From IMG/VR virus record IMGVR_UViG_3300032294_003343, positions 105,184 through 169,183 of that record: a stretch of DNA of 64,000 bases, one strand, 5' to 3'. This document shows, in pieces, positions 10,248 through 21,045 of the stretch (position 1 is the stretch's first letter; each line of letters starts with the position of its first letter). The position numbers were made by a program, and so were the translations under genes. This stretch comes from a virus. The notes under the pieces were generated by a model. It was not told the DNA's origin and did not search any database. It saw only the letters and a list, made by a program, of their open reading frames with translations.

Positions 10248-11317
10248 TGCAAATCATCTTTTGTTAATGGACTACCTTTTTTCAAATCTTTGTTTAGGAT
10301 AAATTCATTATCCATAAATTCTCTAGAAGTGATTTGATTTATGTCTGGTAAATAAGGTACAGCCGCATAAACATCCTTTAATGTTACAGTATACCCTTTT
10401 TTCAAATCCTTATTTATATAAAAGCCTCGGTAAAGAGCAGCTAAATATTCACTCTCTTTTTCATCAATAATTCTTCTTTGTGATGAGGATGTTCCACACA
10501 TTTGGTTTGACTTATGAAATGCTTTGAACCATTCGTCAACTTGATGAGGTAAAGAACAATATTTACTTACTTCTTTCTGCTCATGGTTTTTTGGATAAGG
10601 TATATCAATGTGTCTCTCCCAAGTCCTTACTCCTTTTGCATAAGAAATGAACATTGAAGATTCCCAATCGTGATACTCATGAGTGGAAAAACCAATTGTA
10701 TGATTTGGATATTTAGATTTCAAATAGTCTATTTGATTTAACTCAAGTTCAGAGTCTTCGCTTGGATATTTAGAAACACAATGATTTATAGCTAATGGGA
10801 TTTTTCTATTGTCAAAAAATCTAACGACATCATCAATTTGTTTTTCATTAGCCCCACCAGTAGAGATAATTACAGGTTTCTTAGTACTGGCAATTTTTTG
10901 AAGCAGAATCCAATCATTGATATCTGCACTAGAAACTTTGATAATTGGTAAATCAAATTGCACACACCAATCAACAGACTTTTCGTCAAAAGGTGTAGCC
11001 ATGGGTATGCAATTAGTTTTCTTGATGTATTCGACAAGTTCAGACATTTCGTCAAAACTTAGCTTTGTTTTTAAAGTTTTTTGAATGTATCTTTCTTTTT
11101 TGGGAAGAGTAAGTAAATCTTGATTCTTCCCATTATCAACAAACTCACTATGAATGAAATTTTCAACATCTCTGAATTGCAACTTAATTGCAGCTTTGAT
11201 TTTGTTATTTCGTACAACAGAAGCAAATTCTTTAACTATTTGTTTGCCTCTTGACAAAGAGCCCCAATGGTTATTTGCAAGCTCTAAAACAAATAAATTA
11301 TGGAAAATTTCGTTCAT
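10244..11317 (-). CDS. N-acetylneuraminate synthase family protein (NeuB/SpsE-like)
   Basis: ELANNHWG, ATPFD, KPVIISTGG, HCVSKYP, IGFSTHE, ERH; C-terminal SAF-like segment. Confidence 0.85.
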   Translation of the reverse strand: MNEIFHNLFVLELANNHWGSLSRGKQIVKEFASVVRNNKIKAAIKLQFRDVENFIHSEFVDNGKNQDLLTLPKKERYIQKTLKTKLSFDEMSELVEYIKKTNCIPMATPFDEKSVDWCVQFDLPIIKVSSADINDWILLQKIASTKKPVIISTGGANEKQIDDVVRFFDNRKIPLAINHCVSKYPSEDSELELNQIDYLKSKYPNHTIGFSTHEYHDWESSMFISYAKGVRTWERHIDIPYPKNHEQKEVSKYCSLPHQVDEWFKAFHKSNQMCGTSSSQRRIIDEKESEYLAALYRGFYINKDLKKGYTVTLKDVYAAVPYLPDINQITSREFMDNEFILNKDLKKGSPLTKDDLQ

Positions 11318-11324
11318 AAAAATA

Positions 11325-12221
11325 TTATAGTGTAAATTGAACTAAAGGTAAAGTAATTCCAGTTTGATCAATAACTTCAGACTTGTATCCATATGATTCC
11401 AAAATCTTTGTAAATGTATCAATGTTAAGTACTCCATTTACATTATGAGCTTCCACAATAATTTTGGGTTTATAATGATCAAAAAACTCTTTATTTTCAA
11501 AGATAAAAGATTCTGCACCCTCAATATCACACTTAATAAAATCAACTCTATCAAGGTTATATTTTTGTACGATATCAAAAAGAGTGTAACATTTTACTTC
11601 AACAATCTCGCCTCTTTCTCCAACAAGATCAACTGCTGAAGATCCCATATTTTGTTCAAGCGAAAATTTCAGTGTTCCAGTATGTGTCCAAACTGCAGCA
11701 TTTAATAATTCAATATTCTCTGATTGAAACAACGCAATATTTTTTTGCAAGCATTCGAAGTTTGTAAAATCAGGTTCCATAGCAATAACTTTTCCTGACT
11801 TTCCAACATTATTTGAAAAAGCTATTGACGTTAAGCCAGAATATGCACCAAGGTCAAACACTACATGTCCTTCTGACAAATTAGCAAAATCCAAATATTG
11901 CTCAATTGTTACAAATGGTTCAGCAAGTGATGGGCAAAAAGGCTCAAATAAATCAAATCCCTTGACCTTATGTTGTGCAGGTTTTGAAAAATCTACTACT
12001 TTTTTCCCATCTACAATTTTGTAAGAAACTGAACTAAAATAATAGTCAAACCCATACATTATAGTTTTTATGTAAACATTTTGTCTTTTATTGATAATAA
12101 CGATTTGATCATCATTAATAATGTGGATATTGTCATCTACTTCTACCACTTGCATGTTCAGTTCTAACATTGCTTCATAAACTGTTTTCTTTTTTGGTAA
12201 AACATCAGTTTCAGTTACCAT
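11325..12221 (-). CDS. FkbM-family methyltransferase
   Basis: VFDLGAYSG, AMEPD, DFIKCDIEGAE. Confidence 0.85.
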   Translation of the reverse strand: MVTETDVLPKKKTVYEAMLELNMQVVEVDDNIHIINDDQIVIINKRQNVYIKTIMYGFDYYFSSVSYKIVDGKKVVDFSKPAQHKVKGFDLFEPFCPSLAEPFVTIEQYLDFANLSEGHVVFDLGAYSGLTSIAFSNNVGKSGKVIAMEPDFTNFECLQKNIALFQSENIELLNAAVWTHTGTLKFSLEQNMGSSAVDLVGERGEIVEVKCYTLFDIVQKYNLDRVDFIKCDIEGAESFIFENKEFFDHYKPKIIVEAHNVNGVLNIDTFTKILESYGYKSEVIDQTGITLPLVQFTL

Positions 12222-13168
12222 ATAAAATTCTCCTTATAGTATTTGATAATTTCAATAATTTCATTATCAAAAATACACTTTGGTGTCCATCCAAGATTTC
12301 GCAATTTACTGTCATTGAGTGCATATCTGACATCTTGACCTGGTCTAACAATATTAAAATCGATGTACTCTCTCGGATCTTCAATATGTTTGTCAAAGTA
12401 GATATCTAATATTTTTTCAACTGTTCTTATATTTGATTGTTCAAATCCACCAGCAACATTAAATATCTCATTTTTACAATTGTTCTCAATTATAGTCAAA
12501 ACAGCGCTGGCGGTATCTTTAGCATGCAACCAATTTCTTACAGGTTTGCCTTCTGCATGTAAAGGTATTCTTCTGCCAAGTTTAAGGAATTTACACGCTT
12601 TTGGGATAAGTTTTTCTACATATTGACCTATGCCATAATTATTTGTTGGTCTGATTATAATATAGGGTATGTTGTAAGTTCTTGACCATGCTGTAATCAA
12701 TTGATCTGCAGCAGCCTTGGTTGCTGAATAAGGGTTAGATGGCTTAAGAACGTCAGTTTCAATATGTTCACCATCTGATATATCACCATAAACTTCATCA
12801 GTGCTAAAATGAATAAATGTAGGAACAATATATCCCTCTTTTTGATAAGCCCTCAAAAGTTCAAGAATGTTATAAACACCATCAATGTTTGAATGTAAAA
12901 AATCATCACTTTTACGTATTGAATTATCTACATGTGTTTCGGCTGCAGTATTGATAAAATAATCGCAGTCAACCAATCTATCTAAATCACATATATCTTT
13001 TTCTTCAAACTTAAACTTTGGATTAGATTTAAATTCTTCCAATTTAGAAATTCTTGATGCATATGTACATTTATCAATTCCGAAAACATACCAGCCTTTA
13101 TCAAGACAAGCTTGAGTTACATATGACCCAATAAATCCTAAGCATCCTGTCACGTATACTACTTTCAT
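12215..13168 (-). CDS. NDP-glucose 4,6-dehydratase (RmlB/RfbB-like)
   Basis: VTGCLGFIGS, AAETHVDNS, STDEVYG, NPYSATKAAAD, RPGQDVRYA; start at the ATGA overlap (13168). Confidence 0.9.
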   Translation of the reverse strand: MKVVYVTGCLGFIGSYVTQACLDKGWYVFGIDKCTYASRISKLEEFKSNPKFKFEEKDICDLDRLVDCDYFINTAAETHVDNSIRKSDDFLHSNIDGVYNILELLRAYQKEGYIVPTFIHFSTDEVYGDISDGEHIETDVLKPSNPYSATKAAADQLITAWSRTYNIPYIIIRPTNNYGIGQYVEKLIPKACKFLKLGRRIPLHAEGKPVRNWLHAKDTASAVLTIIENNCKNEIFNVAGGFEQSNIRTVEKILDIYFDKHIEDPREYIDFNIVRPGQDVRYALNDSKLRNLGWTPKCIFDNEIIEIIKYYKENFIW

Positions 13169-14040
13169 GATGTTTTCTTTTTCTTTTTGCAAGCTAGCAT
13201 ATATAAGTTTGTGAAATGAACATAATCTAAAGCTGCCTGATAATTCAAAACTTGCTCCTTGATAATTTCAAGTCCACAAGATTCAATTAAGCAATGCAAA
13301 GATTTATTAGAATAAAAATTTATATGTTCATGCCAATGTTTTTTAGTTTTATATAGATCTAATGACTCATTATTTTTTGCCATAAGATCTTCACAAGGAA
13401 CCTCTAGATATAAAACCGTATTTTCGCTCATGGATTCAATTATATCCATAAGTAATTGCTTTGGATAAGAGACATGTTCAAGAACATTGCTACAAACTAC
13501 CAAATCATAAGCATGATTTTTAATCATAGATGGTTCTATTTTTTCACAATTTGGAAACAATGTTTTGTCTGTCCATTCATAGATGTAAACTTTGCTAGCT
13601 GTTTCTAAAAATGGAGTGTTTTTACCATCATCTCCTCCCCAATCCAATACGAGTGGTTTAATGCTGATAAAGTCAAGAAAACTTTCAATTTCTTTTTTAT
13701 ATCCAATAGCTACATCCAAATTTTTCTGTTTATCTTTATAACCTGGTTCATAAGAATCTCTGACATCTATATATTTTGATTCTCTGTAATTCTCATATAA
13801 GTTTTTTAATTCATGATCTTCAAATCTGAAATCACTGAATAAAAAACCACAATCTTGGCATTGCACAGACTTGCAAGGCATATAAATAGTGCCATTTGGT
13901 ACTCCATACAAATTCCATGTGTCATCTATTTCAAATAAATCATAATCGAATATCATTTTTGACATAAATGGCATCAAAATAGCAGAAGATTTTTCTAGTT
14001 TTTTACTTTCACAACAAGGGCAGGATAAAGCTAAATTCAT
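13165..14040 (-). CDS. class I SAM-dependent methyltransferase with N-terminal Cys motifs
   Basis: CPCC...CQDC, VLDWGGDDG, NVLEHV, HEHINFYS. Confidence 0.8.
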   Translation of the reverse strand: MNLALSCPCCESKKLEKSSAILMPFMSKMIFDYDLFEIDDTWNLYGVPNGTIYMPCKSVQCQDCGFLFSDFRFEDHELKNLYENYRESKYIDVRDSYEPGYKDKQKNLDVAIGYKKEIESFLDFISIKPLVLDWGGDDGKNTPFLETASKVYIYEWTDKTLFPNCEKIEPSMIKNHAYDLVVCSNVLEHVSYPKQLLMDIIESMSENTVLYLEVPCEDLMAKNNESLDLYKTKKHWHEHINFYSNKSLHCLIESCGLEIIKEQVLNYQAALDYVHFTNLYMLACKKKKKTS

Positions 14041-14167
14041 TTTGCATTCTCAAAAAAATATTATACATTCATAATTAACAAACGTAAAAACTTGACCAAC
14101 ATAATCTCTATAGTTATTGAAAATTGATTTTTTTATAAGTAGGTATAATTAAATTAGGATTATTTAT

Positions 14168-14569
14168 ATGAATAGAAAATATTTACCAACTCTTTCAGAA
14201 CTCGTTGATCGTCTTTCAATTGTGCAGCTTAAAGAAGTTTTTATAACTGAACATAAGGCTGAATATGCAGAGGAAATTGCTGCAATTGTTCATGATATCC
14301 AGGCACATCTTGATGAAAATGATGCTGTTGTAGATGCAGAGGTAATTCGTGCAATAGTTGTTCTTTCGCAAATGAATTTACATATTTGGCATAATGAAAC
14401 TAATTATCGTAAGGGTATCAAGGATGGAAACAATCTTGAACTAACTCATGGATTGAATGGAATTAGAAATACTGCTAAAAACAAAATTCAAGAAGTTTGT
14501 GGTGGTAGAAAAGATTATAAGATCGATTGTCTTGCTGCTGATTTCAAAGATTGGGAGATTAGCTGGTAA
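14168..14569 (+). CDS. small helical protein of a family found in sugar-biosynthesis loci (DUF4254/DUF6165-like)
   Basis: ELVDRLSIVQLKE...NLHIWHNE...NGIRNTAKNKI pattern. Confidence 0.5.
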   Translation: MNRKYLPTLSELVDRLSIVQLKEVFITEHKAEYAEEIAAIVHDIQAHLDENDAVVDAEVIRAIVVLSQMNLHIWHNETNYRKGIKDGNNLELTHGLNGIRNTAKNKIQEVCGGRKDYKIDCLAADFKDWEISW

Positions 14570-15507
14570 TGGAAAAAGTCTTAATTACTGGTGGAGCTGG
14601 ATATTTAGGTTCTACCCTTACTGAAGTGTTGTTGTCTAAAGGCTATGCAGTTACTGTATTAGACAATTTAACTTATAAGCAACTTTCTCTCACGTCTTTC
14701 TGTCATAATAAAAACTTCAATCTTATTGTTGGAGATGTACGGGATACCAAACTTCTTACAAGTCTGGTGGAAACTCATGACATCATCATTCCATTAGCTG
14801 CAATTGTAGGTATGCCAGCTTGTAAAAAAGATCCAGATCTAACAGTAGCTGTAAATTATCAACAAATTAAAAACATTGTTGAGGTAATTCAGCCAAGTCA
14901 GAAATTGTTAGTTCCTAATACAAACTCTCAATATGGAAGTTCTGAAACAATCATTACAGAAGAAAGTCCATTCAATCCTCTTTCTCTTTATGCGCAAACA
15001 AAATGCGATGCTGAAAAGCGTGTTTTAGAATGGGGTAATGGTATTTCTTTAAGGCTTGCAACAGTATTTGGAGTTTCTTACAGACAAAGAATGGATTTGC
15101 TTGTAAATGATTTTGTTTATCGAGCTTTCACTGATGAGTTTTTAGTTTTATTCGAATCTCATTTCTTACGAAACTATGTGCATGTAAGAGATGTTGCTAA
15201 AGCTTTTGTTCATTTGATTGAAAATTATGAAACCTGCAATAACAATGCATTCAATGTAGGTCTTACTTCTGCAAACATGTCAAAACTTCAACTTGCTCAA
15301 AAGGTCAAAGAATATGTGCCAAGCTTAGTCATTATTGAAGAACAATTTAAAGAAGATTTTGATAAGAGAAACTATGTTGTTTCTAATGAGAAACTTGAAA
15401 AAACAGGTTGGTCATGTGATTTTTCATTGGACGCTGGAATTCAAGAATTGCTTATGGCATATCAAATGATAGCGAATTTCAAGAATAAAGATTTTACAAA
15501 TTTATAG
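14569..15507 (+). CDS. NAD-dependent epimerase/dehydratase
   Basis: ITGGAGYLGS, LAAIVG, YAQTK, RLATVFG. Confidence 0.9.
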   Translation: MEKVLITGGAGYLGSTLTEVLLSKGYAVTVLDNLTYKQLSLTSFCHNKNFNLIVGDVRDTKLLTSLVETHDIIIPLAAIVGMPACKKDPDLTVAVNYQQIKNIVEVIQPSQKLLVPNTNSQYGSSETIITEESPFNPLSLYAQTKCDAEKRVLEWGNGISLRLATVFGVSYRQRMDLLVNDFVYRAFTDEFLVLFESHFLRNYVHVRDVAKAFVHLIENYETCNNNAFNVGLTSANMSKLQLAQKVKEYVPSLVIIEEQFKEDFDKRNYVVSNEKLEKTGWSCDFSLDAGIQELLMAYQMIANFKNKDFTNL

Positions 15508-15514
15508 GAATATT

Positions 15515-16534
15515 ATGAAAGTACTCTTCGTTTACAAACCTTTTTATCAACATGATACAAAATCAGAAAACCATCAAGAAAAGCTTAGAGGTTCATTTCA
15601 TGCAGCTTTTGGTGAAGATAACCCAGATTATCAAATGGAAGTTTTACATTTCGGTAATGCTCCTGGATTAATTAGAACCCCCAAAGAAATGAATGAAGAA
15701 ATGCTCAAGAGAGATTTCGATATTTGTATTGTATGCGAAGAACTTCATTTTGCGGTTGAGCTAGATACTATCAAAAAACTTGGTAAGAAGTTATTTCTTA
15801 CTAATTGGGACTTGTTTATTGGAACAGCTCCGAGCATACATGTCAACTTCAGATTAATGATTAAGAAGCCTAGAATCTGGGGTGAGCACAAATTTCCAGT
15901 TCCAATGATTGAAGCAACTCAATATTGTAAGTTTTTAGTTGGTGACTATGGTTACGATGAAATTCTTCCAAATATGTATGCTATTGATCAGCCTATAGAT
16001 TCACGAGTTTTTAATACTGAAGGATGCACTGAAGAAAGTAGAACTACAGATGTTGGCTTCAATGGAATGATTTATATTCAAGAAAGAGCTAGATATTATG
16101 AACTCTTTCGAAAAGCTAATCTGCCTATCACATATACCGGAAGCGTCAACAAAGATATTTTCCCAGCTCAAGTTTTGTCAACTAAAGACTATGCTGAGAT
16201 TTATAAGAAAACCAAAATCTCTTTGTGTTTTACAGAAGCAATTTTTAGTCCAAACAATCATACAAGAAAAGGCAGAATTTCAGAAGTAGCATCTTGTGGA
16301 AGTTTTTTACTTACTACTCATCCTGACTGTATGAAGTATCGTGATAAGTCTTGGTACAAAATTGGGGAGCATTTTGACTCTATGGATGAATCTGACTGTG
16401 TAGATAAAGTTAGATATTATTTGAATAATCCTGAAAAAAGAATTCAAATGGCTGATGCAATGCATAAACATTGGCAAGAAAATTATTCTCCAGTCAAATG
16501 GTGGGGAAATGTCTTTAGATGGGCAAAATTATAA
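15515..16534 (+). CDS. glycosyltransferase (GT-B, Glyco_trans_1_2/CgeB-like), paralog 1
   Basis: TKISL...KGRISEVASCG...KVRYYLNNPEKR C-terminal domain. Confidence 0.7.
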   Translation: MKVLFVYKPFYQHDTKSENHQEKLRGSFHAAFGEDNPDYQMEVLHFGNAPGLIRTPKEMNEEMLKRDFDICIVCEELHFAVELDTIKKLGKKLFLTNWDLFIGTAPSIHVNFRLMIKKPRIWGEHKFPVPMIEATQYCKFLVGDYGYDEILPNMYAIDQPIDSRVFNTEGCTEESRTTDVGFNGMIYIQERARYYELFRKANLPITYTGSVNKDIFPAQVLSTKDYAEIYKKTKISLCFTEAIFSPNNHTRKGRISEVASCGSFLLTTHPDCMKYRDKSWYKIGEHFDSMDESDCVDKVRYYLNNPEKRIQMADAMHKHWQENYSPVKWWGNVFRWAKL

Positions 16535-16568
16535 ACTGTTAGTATAATGAGAATAAGGTAAAAAATAT

Positions 16569-18077
16569 ATGCGAAAACTAGATATTTTGTTTGTACACCC
16601 CAATGCTTCTGAAATTATTTACCAGGATTTGAGCAAAAAAAGTGCTGCAATTGAACCACCAATTTGGGCAGGCATGTTGGCAAATCACGTAAGGACTAGA
16701 AATTTTTCAGCTGCTATCTTAGATTGTGAAGCTGAGAGATTGAATTGGGAAGATGCTAGTAAAACTATTGTTGATTATAATGCAAAAGTAATTTGTTTTG
16801 TAGTTTATGGCCAACAACCTTCTGCTTCTTCACAAAACATGACTGGAGCAGTTGGTATTGCTAGATTAGTAAAGCAACTTACAGATACTCCTATTGTCTT
16901 TGTTGGTGGCCATGTTGCTGCATTACCAGATGAAGTTCTTGCTGAAGATTGTGTTGATATCGTACTTCTTAACGAAGGTGTGTATGCAATCTCAAACTTG
17001 CTTTCTACAGATTTGTCTGTCGAGCAGCTTAAAAACTGCACTGGAATTGGATTCAAATTAGATGGACAAATTTACAAAAATGAACCAGAAAGAATTGTTC
17101 CTAAATCCTTATTAGAGCAAGATTTACCTGGAATGGCTTGGGATTTACTTCCATCATTCAATAAATACAGAACTGCAGGATGGCATTCATGGAGTAATAA
17201 TACGGAAAATGCTCCTTTTGCTGCTCTTTACACAAGTTTAGGTTGTCCTTACAAGTGCTCGTTTTGTATGATCAACATCATCAATAGAACAAGTAATCTC
17301 CCATTGATTACTTCTGAAGATTCTAATATGTTCAGATGGTGGACCCCAGAATTTATTATCAAGCAGTTTGATTATTTTGCTGAAAACAATGTTAGAAATA
17401 TCAAGATTGCTGATGAATTATTTGTATTGAATCCAAATCATTTTCAAAAAATATGTAACTTAATTATTGAGCGTGGATATGATTTTAACATCTGGGCATA
17501 TTCTCGTGTAGATACTTGTAAACCACAATTTTTAGATACATTAAAGAAAGCTGGTGTTAATTGGCTTGGACTTGGAATTGAAAACCCAAATCAAACTTTG
17601 AGACAAGAGATTCACAAAGATCACTTTGTTGATGTAAAAATTACTGATTTGATGCAAAATATGAGAGATGCTGGAATAAGCATTGGTGGAAATTATATTT
17701 TTGGATTGCCAATGGATACTCATGAATCTATGCAAAATACTTTAGATTTTGCTATGGCTAATAAAACCGAAATGGCAAATTTTTACTGTGCTATGGCATA
17801 TCCAGGAAGCCCACTTTATAAAACAGCAGTTGCAAAGGGTTGGAAGCTTCCAGAAACATATTCAGGATATAGCCAACATTCATATGACATGTTGAATTTG
17901 TCAAATGATTTTCTTTCTGCCAAAGACATCGTAGCATTCCGAGATAAAGCTTTTGTAACTTATCATTCTGATGAAAACTACTTAAACTTGTTAGAAAATA
18001 AATTTGGCGTTCATGCAAAACACAATGTTGAAGATGTGTTGAAGATTAAACTTAAGAGAAAGTTATTAGGTGATTAA
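16569..18077 (+). CDS. cobalamin-binding radical SAM enzyme
   Basis: N-terminal B12-binding-type domain (EPPIW...VFVGGHV); GCPYKCSFC CxxxCxxC motif. Confidence 0.9.
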   Translation: MRKLDILFVHPNASEIIYQDLSKKSAAIEPPIWAGMLANHVRTRNFSAAILDCEAERLNWEDASKTIVDYNAKVICFVVYGQQPSASSQNMTGAVGIARLVKQLTDTPIVFVGGHVAALPDEVLAEDCVDIVLLNEGVYAISNLLSTDLSVEQLKNCTGIGFKLDGQIYKNEPERIVPKSLLEQDLPGMAWDLLPSFNKYRTAGWHSWSNNTENAPFAALYTSLGCPYKCSFCMINIINRTSNLPLITSEDSNMFRWWTPEFIIKQFDYFAENNVRNIKIADELFVLNPNHFQKICNLIIERGYDFNIWAYSRVDTCKPQFLDTLKKAGVNWLGLGIENPNQTLRQEIHKDHFVDVKITDLMQNMRDAGISIGGNYIFGLPMDTHESMQNTLDFAMANKTEMANFYCAMAYPGSPLYKTAVAKGWKLPETYSGYSQHSYDMLNLSNDFLSAKDIVAFRDKAFVTYHSDENYLNLLENKFGVHAKHNVEDVLKIKLKRKLLGD

Positions 18078-18620
18078 ATGAAAAAGGCACTCATTATTAC
18101 TTGGGAAAAGTATCAAGACCACGAACTAATTTATCCATATTATTCATTAAAAGAACATGGGTATGAAGTGACTTTGATGGCTAATCAAGTTGGAAAAATT
18201 TGGGGCAGCTTGGGAACTCATATGCCTTGTGATGTTGAGACTAAAGTTTTTGAAGATGAAAATATTCGTCAAGAATTTTTAAAAGATTACGAAATTCTAG
18301 TAGTTCCTGGTGGTGTCAAAGCACTTGAAAAATTGCGACAAGAAAAGGGTGTTTTGGAATTTATTCGTCAGTGGAATTCACAAAATAAAACAATTTTCTG
18401 TATTTGCAATGGTGCTCAGTTATTAATTTCAGCAAAAATCTTAAATGGTAGAGTGATGTCTGGTTATTACTCTATTGATGTTGACATCGAAAATGCTGGT
18501 GCTACTTATGATAGAAGCCCAGTAGTAGTTGATGAAAATATCATTTCTTGCCCACATTATGACTTTATGGGCTTGTGGCTTAAGACTGCTTTTGAAGTAC
18601 ATGAAAACAGGAACATATAG
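18078..18620 (+). CDS. DJ-1/PfpI family protein
   Basis: QDHELIYPY, VVPGG, ICNGAQLL nucleophile elbow. Confidence 0.85.
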   Translation: MKKALIITWEKYQDHELIYPYYSLKEHGYEVTLMANQVGKIWGSLGTHMPCDVETKVFEDENIRQEFLKDYEILVVPGGVKALEKLRQEKGVLEFIRQWNSQNKTIFCICNGAQLLISAKILNGRVMSGYYSIDVDIENAGATYDRSPVVVDENIISCPHYDFMGLWLKTAFEVHENRNI

Positions 18621-19275
18621 CAATAATATTGTCAAGAAACCTTGGGGTTATGAATATTTAGTATTTGAAAATTCCCAAGTGGCTTTATGGGCTTTATTTA
18701 TTGCAAAAAATCACCAAACATCAATGCACTGTCATCCCAATAAAACAACTGGGCTGATAGTGCTTGATGGAGCTTGTGAGATAAGTTTTTTTTCTAACTC
18801 TTTTGTTGTAGATGAGCTGGACAAAATTATGATTAGAAAAGGCTTATTTCATTCAACTAAATCAATAAGCGAAAATGGATCAGTAGTTTTTGAAATTGAA
18901 ACACCAAATAACAAGCAAGATTTAGTTCGATTCGATGATTCTTATGGTAGAAAAGGTTTACCTTATGAGGGCAAAGAATTTGAACAACCCAAATCTGACA
19001 GTTGTTTGTGGATCAATGAAGATTTTCAATTAAATTTTTCAAAATTTGCAAATTGTGAGTTAGAAATTCACACAGTTGATGATATTTCATTTTTTGACAA
19101 TTACGATGATTCAGTCAATTTTATATTTTTAAGTGGCGGTGTTATGACAAACTATGACGTAACACTTGTTAATCCTGGCGACATCATCAACAATATTATT
19201 GCAAAAAAAATTACTAGTATTTTTAAAAATATCATTCCAAATACAAAATTATTGATTATCAAAAAGGCAAAATAA
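18601..19275 (+). CDS. cupin protein (mannose-6-phosphate isomerase type II-like)
   Basis: VKKPWGYE, TSMHCHPNK, FH...EIETP...DLVRFDDSYGR; start 18601 preferred over 18529. Confidence 0.75.
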   Translation: MKTGTYSNNIVKKPWGYEYLVFENSQVALWALFIAKNHQTSMHCHPNKTTGLIVLDGACEISFFSNSFVVDELDKIMIRKGLFHSTKSISENGSVVFEIETPNNKQDLVRFDDSYGRKGLPYEGKEFEQPKSDSCLWINEDFQLNFSKFANCELEIHTVDDISFFDNYDDSVNFIFLSGGVMTNYDVTLVNPGDIINNIIAKKITSIFKNIIPNTKLLIIKKAK

Positions 19276-19301
19276 GCATATAATTATTTAGAGGTTTTAA
19301 T

Positions 19302-20222
19302 ATGTCTACTTATCCAGAAAGAAAACAAAGATTTGAAAATTTAAAAGAAGCATGGTCATTGAATCAATTGAATGATTTGATGTTACAATACAATCCTCCT
19401 CAAAATTTATTGTCTGATTTCAAGTTTGCTGTAATGCTTTATATTTCAAAAGCATTTGATTTTGAATTTACAGCTGATGAAACTGAATTTATTAACAGGC
19501 TTGATAGCAAGAGATATTTTAAGGATAATGTCACGCCAAATGGAGCTGTCGTTCCAAAAAAAGAATATCAATTAGAATTTAATATGGTCTTGAGGGCATG
19601 GTCTAAATTAGTTCAAAATATGATATCAGGCCAACCAAGTTTACTTAATAAAATTAGAATGACACCTAATGTAAGAATTAAGTTTGGTGTTGAGCTTGAA
19701 GAAAATTATGGTAGGCCATTAAATACTAGTATTCCACATTCTGATGCCTGGATTGATGGTCCTTGGGGAATAATTTGTTTCACACCATTGCTAGGCGATG
19801 TTGAAAACAACAATTTATATCATTATAAGCCAAAAAATCCTGATCAATTTAACGATGATTGGTTAGCATTATCGCCAACTTTCGGAGATATGCAATGGGT
19901 TTTAGAGTATTACGAGCAATCTGATGAAATAACTCCAGTGAAAGGCAAAATTCATTTAGTTGATTATGCTCTTATTCACGAAACACATAGAAATGAAAAT
20001 TGTGGAACAAGAATTTCTATCGACACTACTATTTATGTGGGAGATTATGATATTCACGAAGATCGACAATCTGAATATCTTGATGAAATGAAGATTTTTG
20101 GAGAAGATCTGTTTATTACAACAAATAGATCAGTGCATGAAAATCAAATAGTAGATAAAAAAACTTCTTTTTCTCATTACACATCAGGTACGTTAAAAAT
20201 CCATAATTGCAATGACAACTGA
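19302..20222 (+). CDS. putative 2-oxoglutarate/Fe(II) oxygenase-fold protein
   Basis: PHSDAW (HxD) ... IHETH ... TRISID (distal His and RxS). Confidence 0.55.
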   Translation: MSTYPERKQRFENLKEAWSLNQLNDLMLQYNPPQNLLSDFKFAVMLYISKAFDFEFTADETEFINRLDSKRYFKDNVTPNGAVVPKKEYQLEFNMVLRAWSKLVQNMISGQPSLLNKIRMTPNVRIKFGVELEENYGRPLNTSIPHSDAWIDGPWGIICFTPLLGDVENNNLYHYKPKNPDQFNDDWLALSPTFGDMQWVLEYYEQSDEITPVKGKIHLVDYALIHETHRNENCGTRISIDTTIYVGDYDIHEDRQSEYLDEMKIFGEDLFITTNRSVHENQIVDKKTSFSHYTSGTLKIHNCNDN

Positions 20223-21045
20223 TTATCTTACAGATGTATTTACTAAAATTTCATTATGCAGACATTTTGAAAACGTAGTTTATGAAAAAATACAAGATAA
20301 ATCTATAAGAGCACCAACTTATTTATCAGCTGGTCAGGAAAGCATTCCATGTTCAATTGCCTCTTATCTTCAAGCTAAAAATATTGACCCGAATATTTTT
20401 ATTCAGCATAGGGGGCATTCAACTTATTTGGCTTTTGATGCTTCGCCTGAAAAGCTTGTTGATGAGTTGCTCGGCCTAGAATCAGGTTGCTCTTTTGGTA
20501 TGGGTGGATCAGCATCAATTCAATCATTTGAAAAAAATATTTTTGGACATGATGGTTTGATGGGTTCACAAGTGCCCATAGCTGTTGGTCATTGTTATGA
20601 AACTAGAAGTCCGACAATTGTTTTTATGGGAGATGCTTCTGCCGAAGAAGACTATGTAGGATCTGCAATAGGTTGGGCATCTACTAAAAATTTACCCATA
20701 CTTTTTATCGTTGAAGATAATAATTTATCAATACTAACAGAGAAAAAAGTAAGAAGAAATTGGGCTATGCACGATTTGGCAATAGCCTACAAAATGAATG
20801 CTTATGATATCAGTGATGATCCTACAATAATTGCTGAACATCTTAAGGACGTATTTAATGGGCCATTGTTATTAAATATAAGAACTGTCAGAAAGTATTG
20901 GCATGCTGGTGCTGGCATAGATGGAGATTATTTTGATAGATATGAATGGCTCAAAAAAATTATGCCACTTGAAGTATTGAATATTGATGAAGAAAATAAA
21001 AATAGGGTAGAGGCATTATGGCAATCACGCTTAGAGAAACTATAA
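20212..21045 (+). CDS. TPP-dependent dehydrogenase E1 alpha-like subunit (copy 1)
   Basis: YLSAGQE, HRGH, GMGGS, MGDAS...VEDNN. Confidence 0.85.
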   Translation: MTTDYLTDVFTKISLCRHFENVVYEKIQDKSIRAPTYLSAGQESIPCSIASYLQAKNIDPNIFIQHRGHSTYLAFDASPEKLVDELLGLESGCSFGMGGSASIQSFEKNIFGHDGLMGSQVPIAVGHCYETRSPTIVFMGDASAEEDYVGSAIGWASTKNLPILFIVEDNNLSILTEKKVRRNWAMHDLAIAYKMNAYDISDDPTIIAEHLKDVFNGPLLLNIRTVRKYWHAGAGIDGDYFDRYEWLKKIMPLEVLNIDEENKNRVEALWQSRLEKL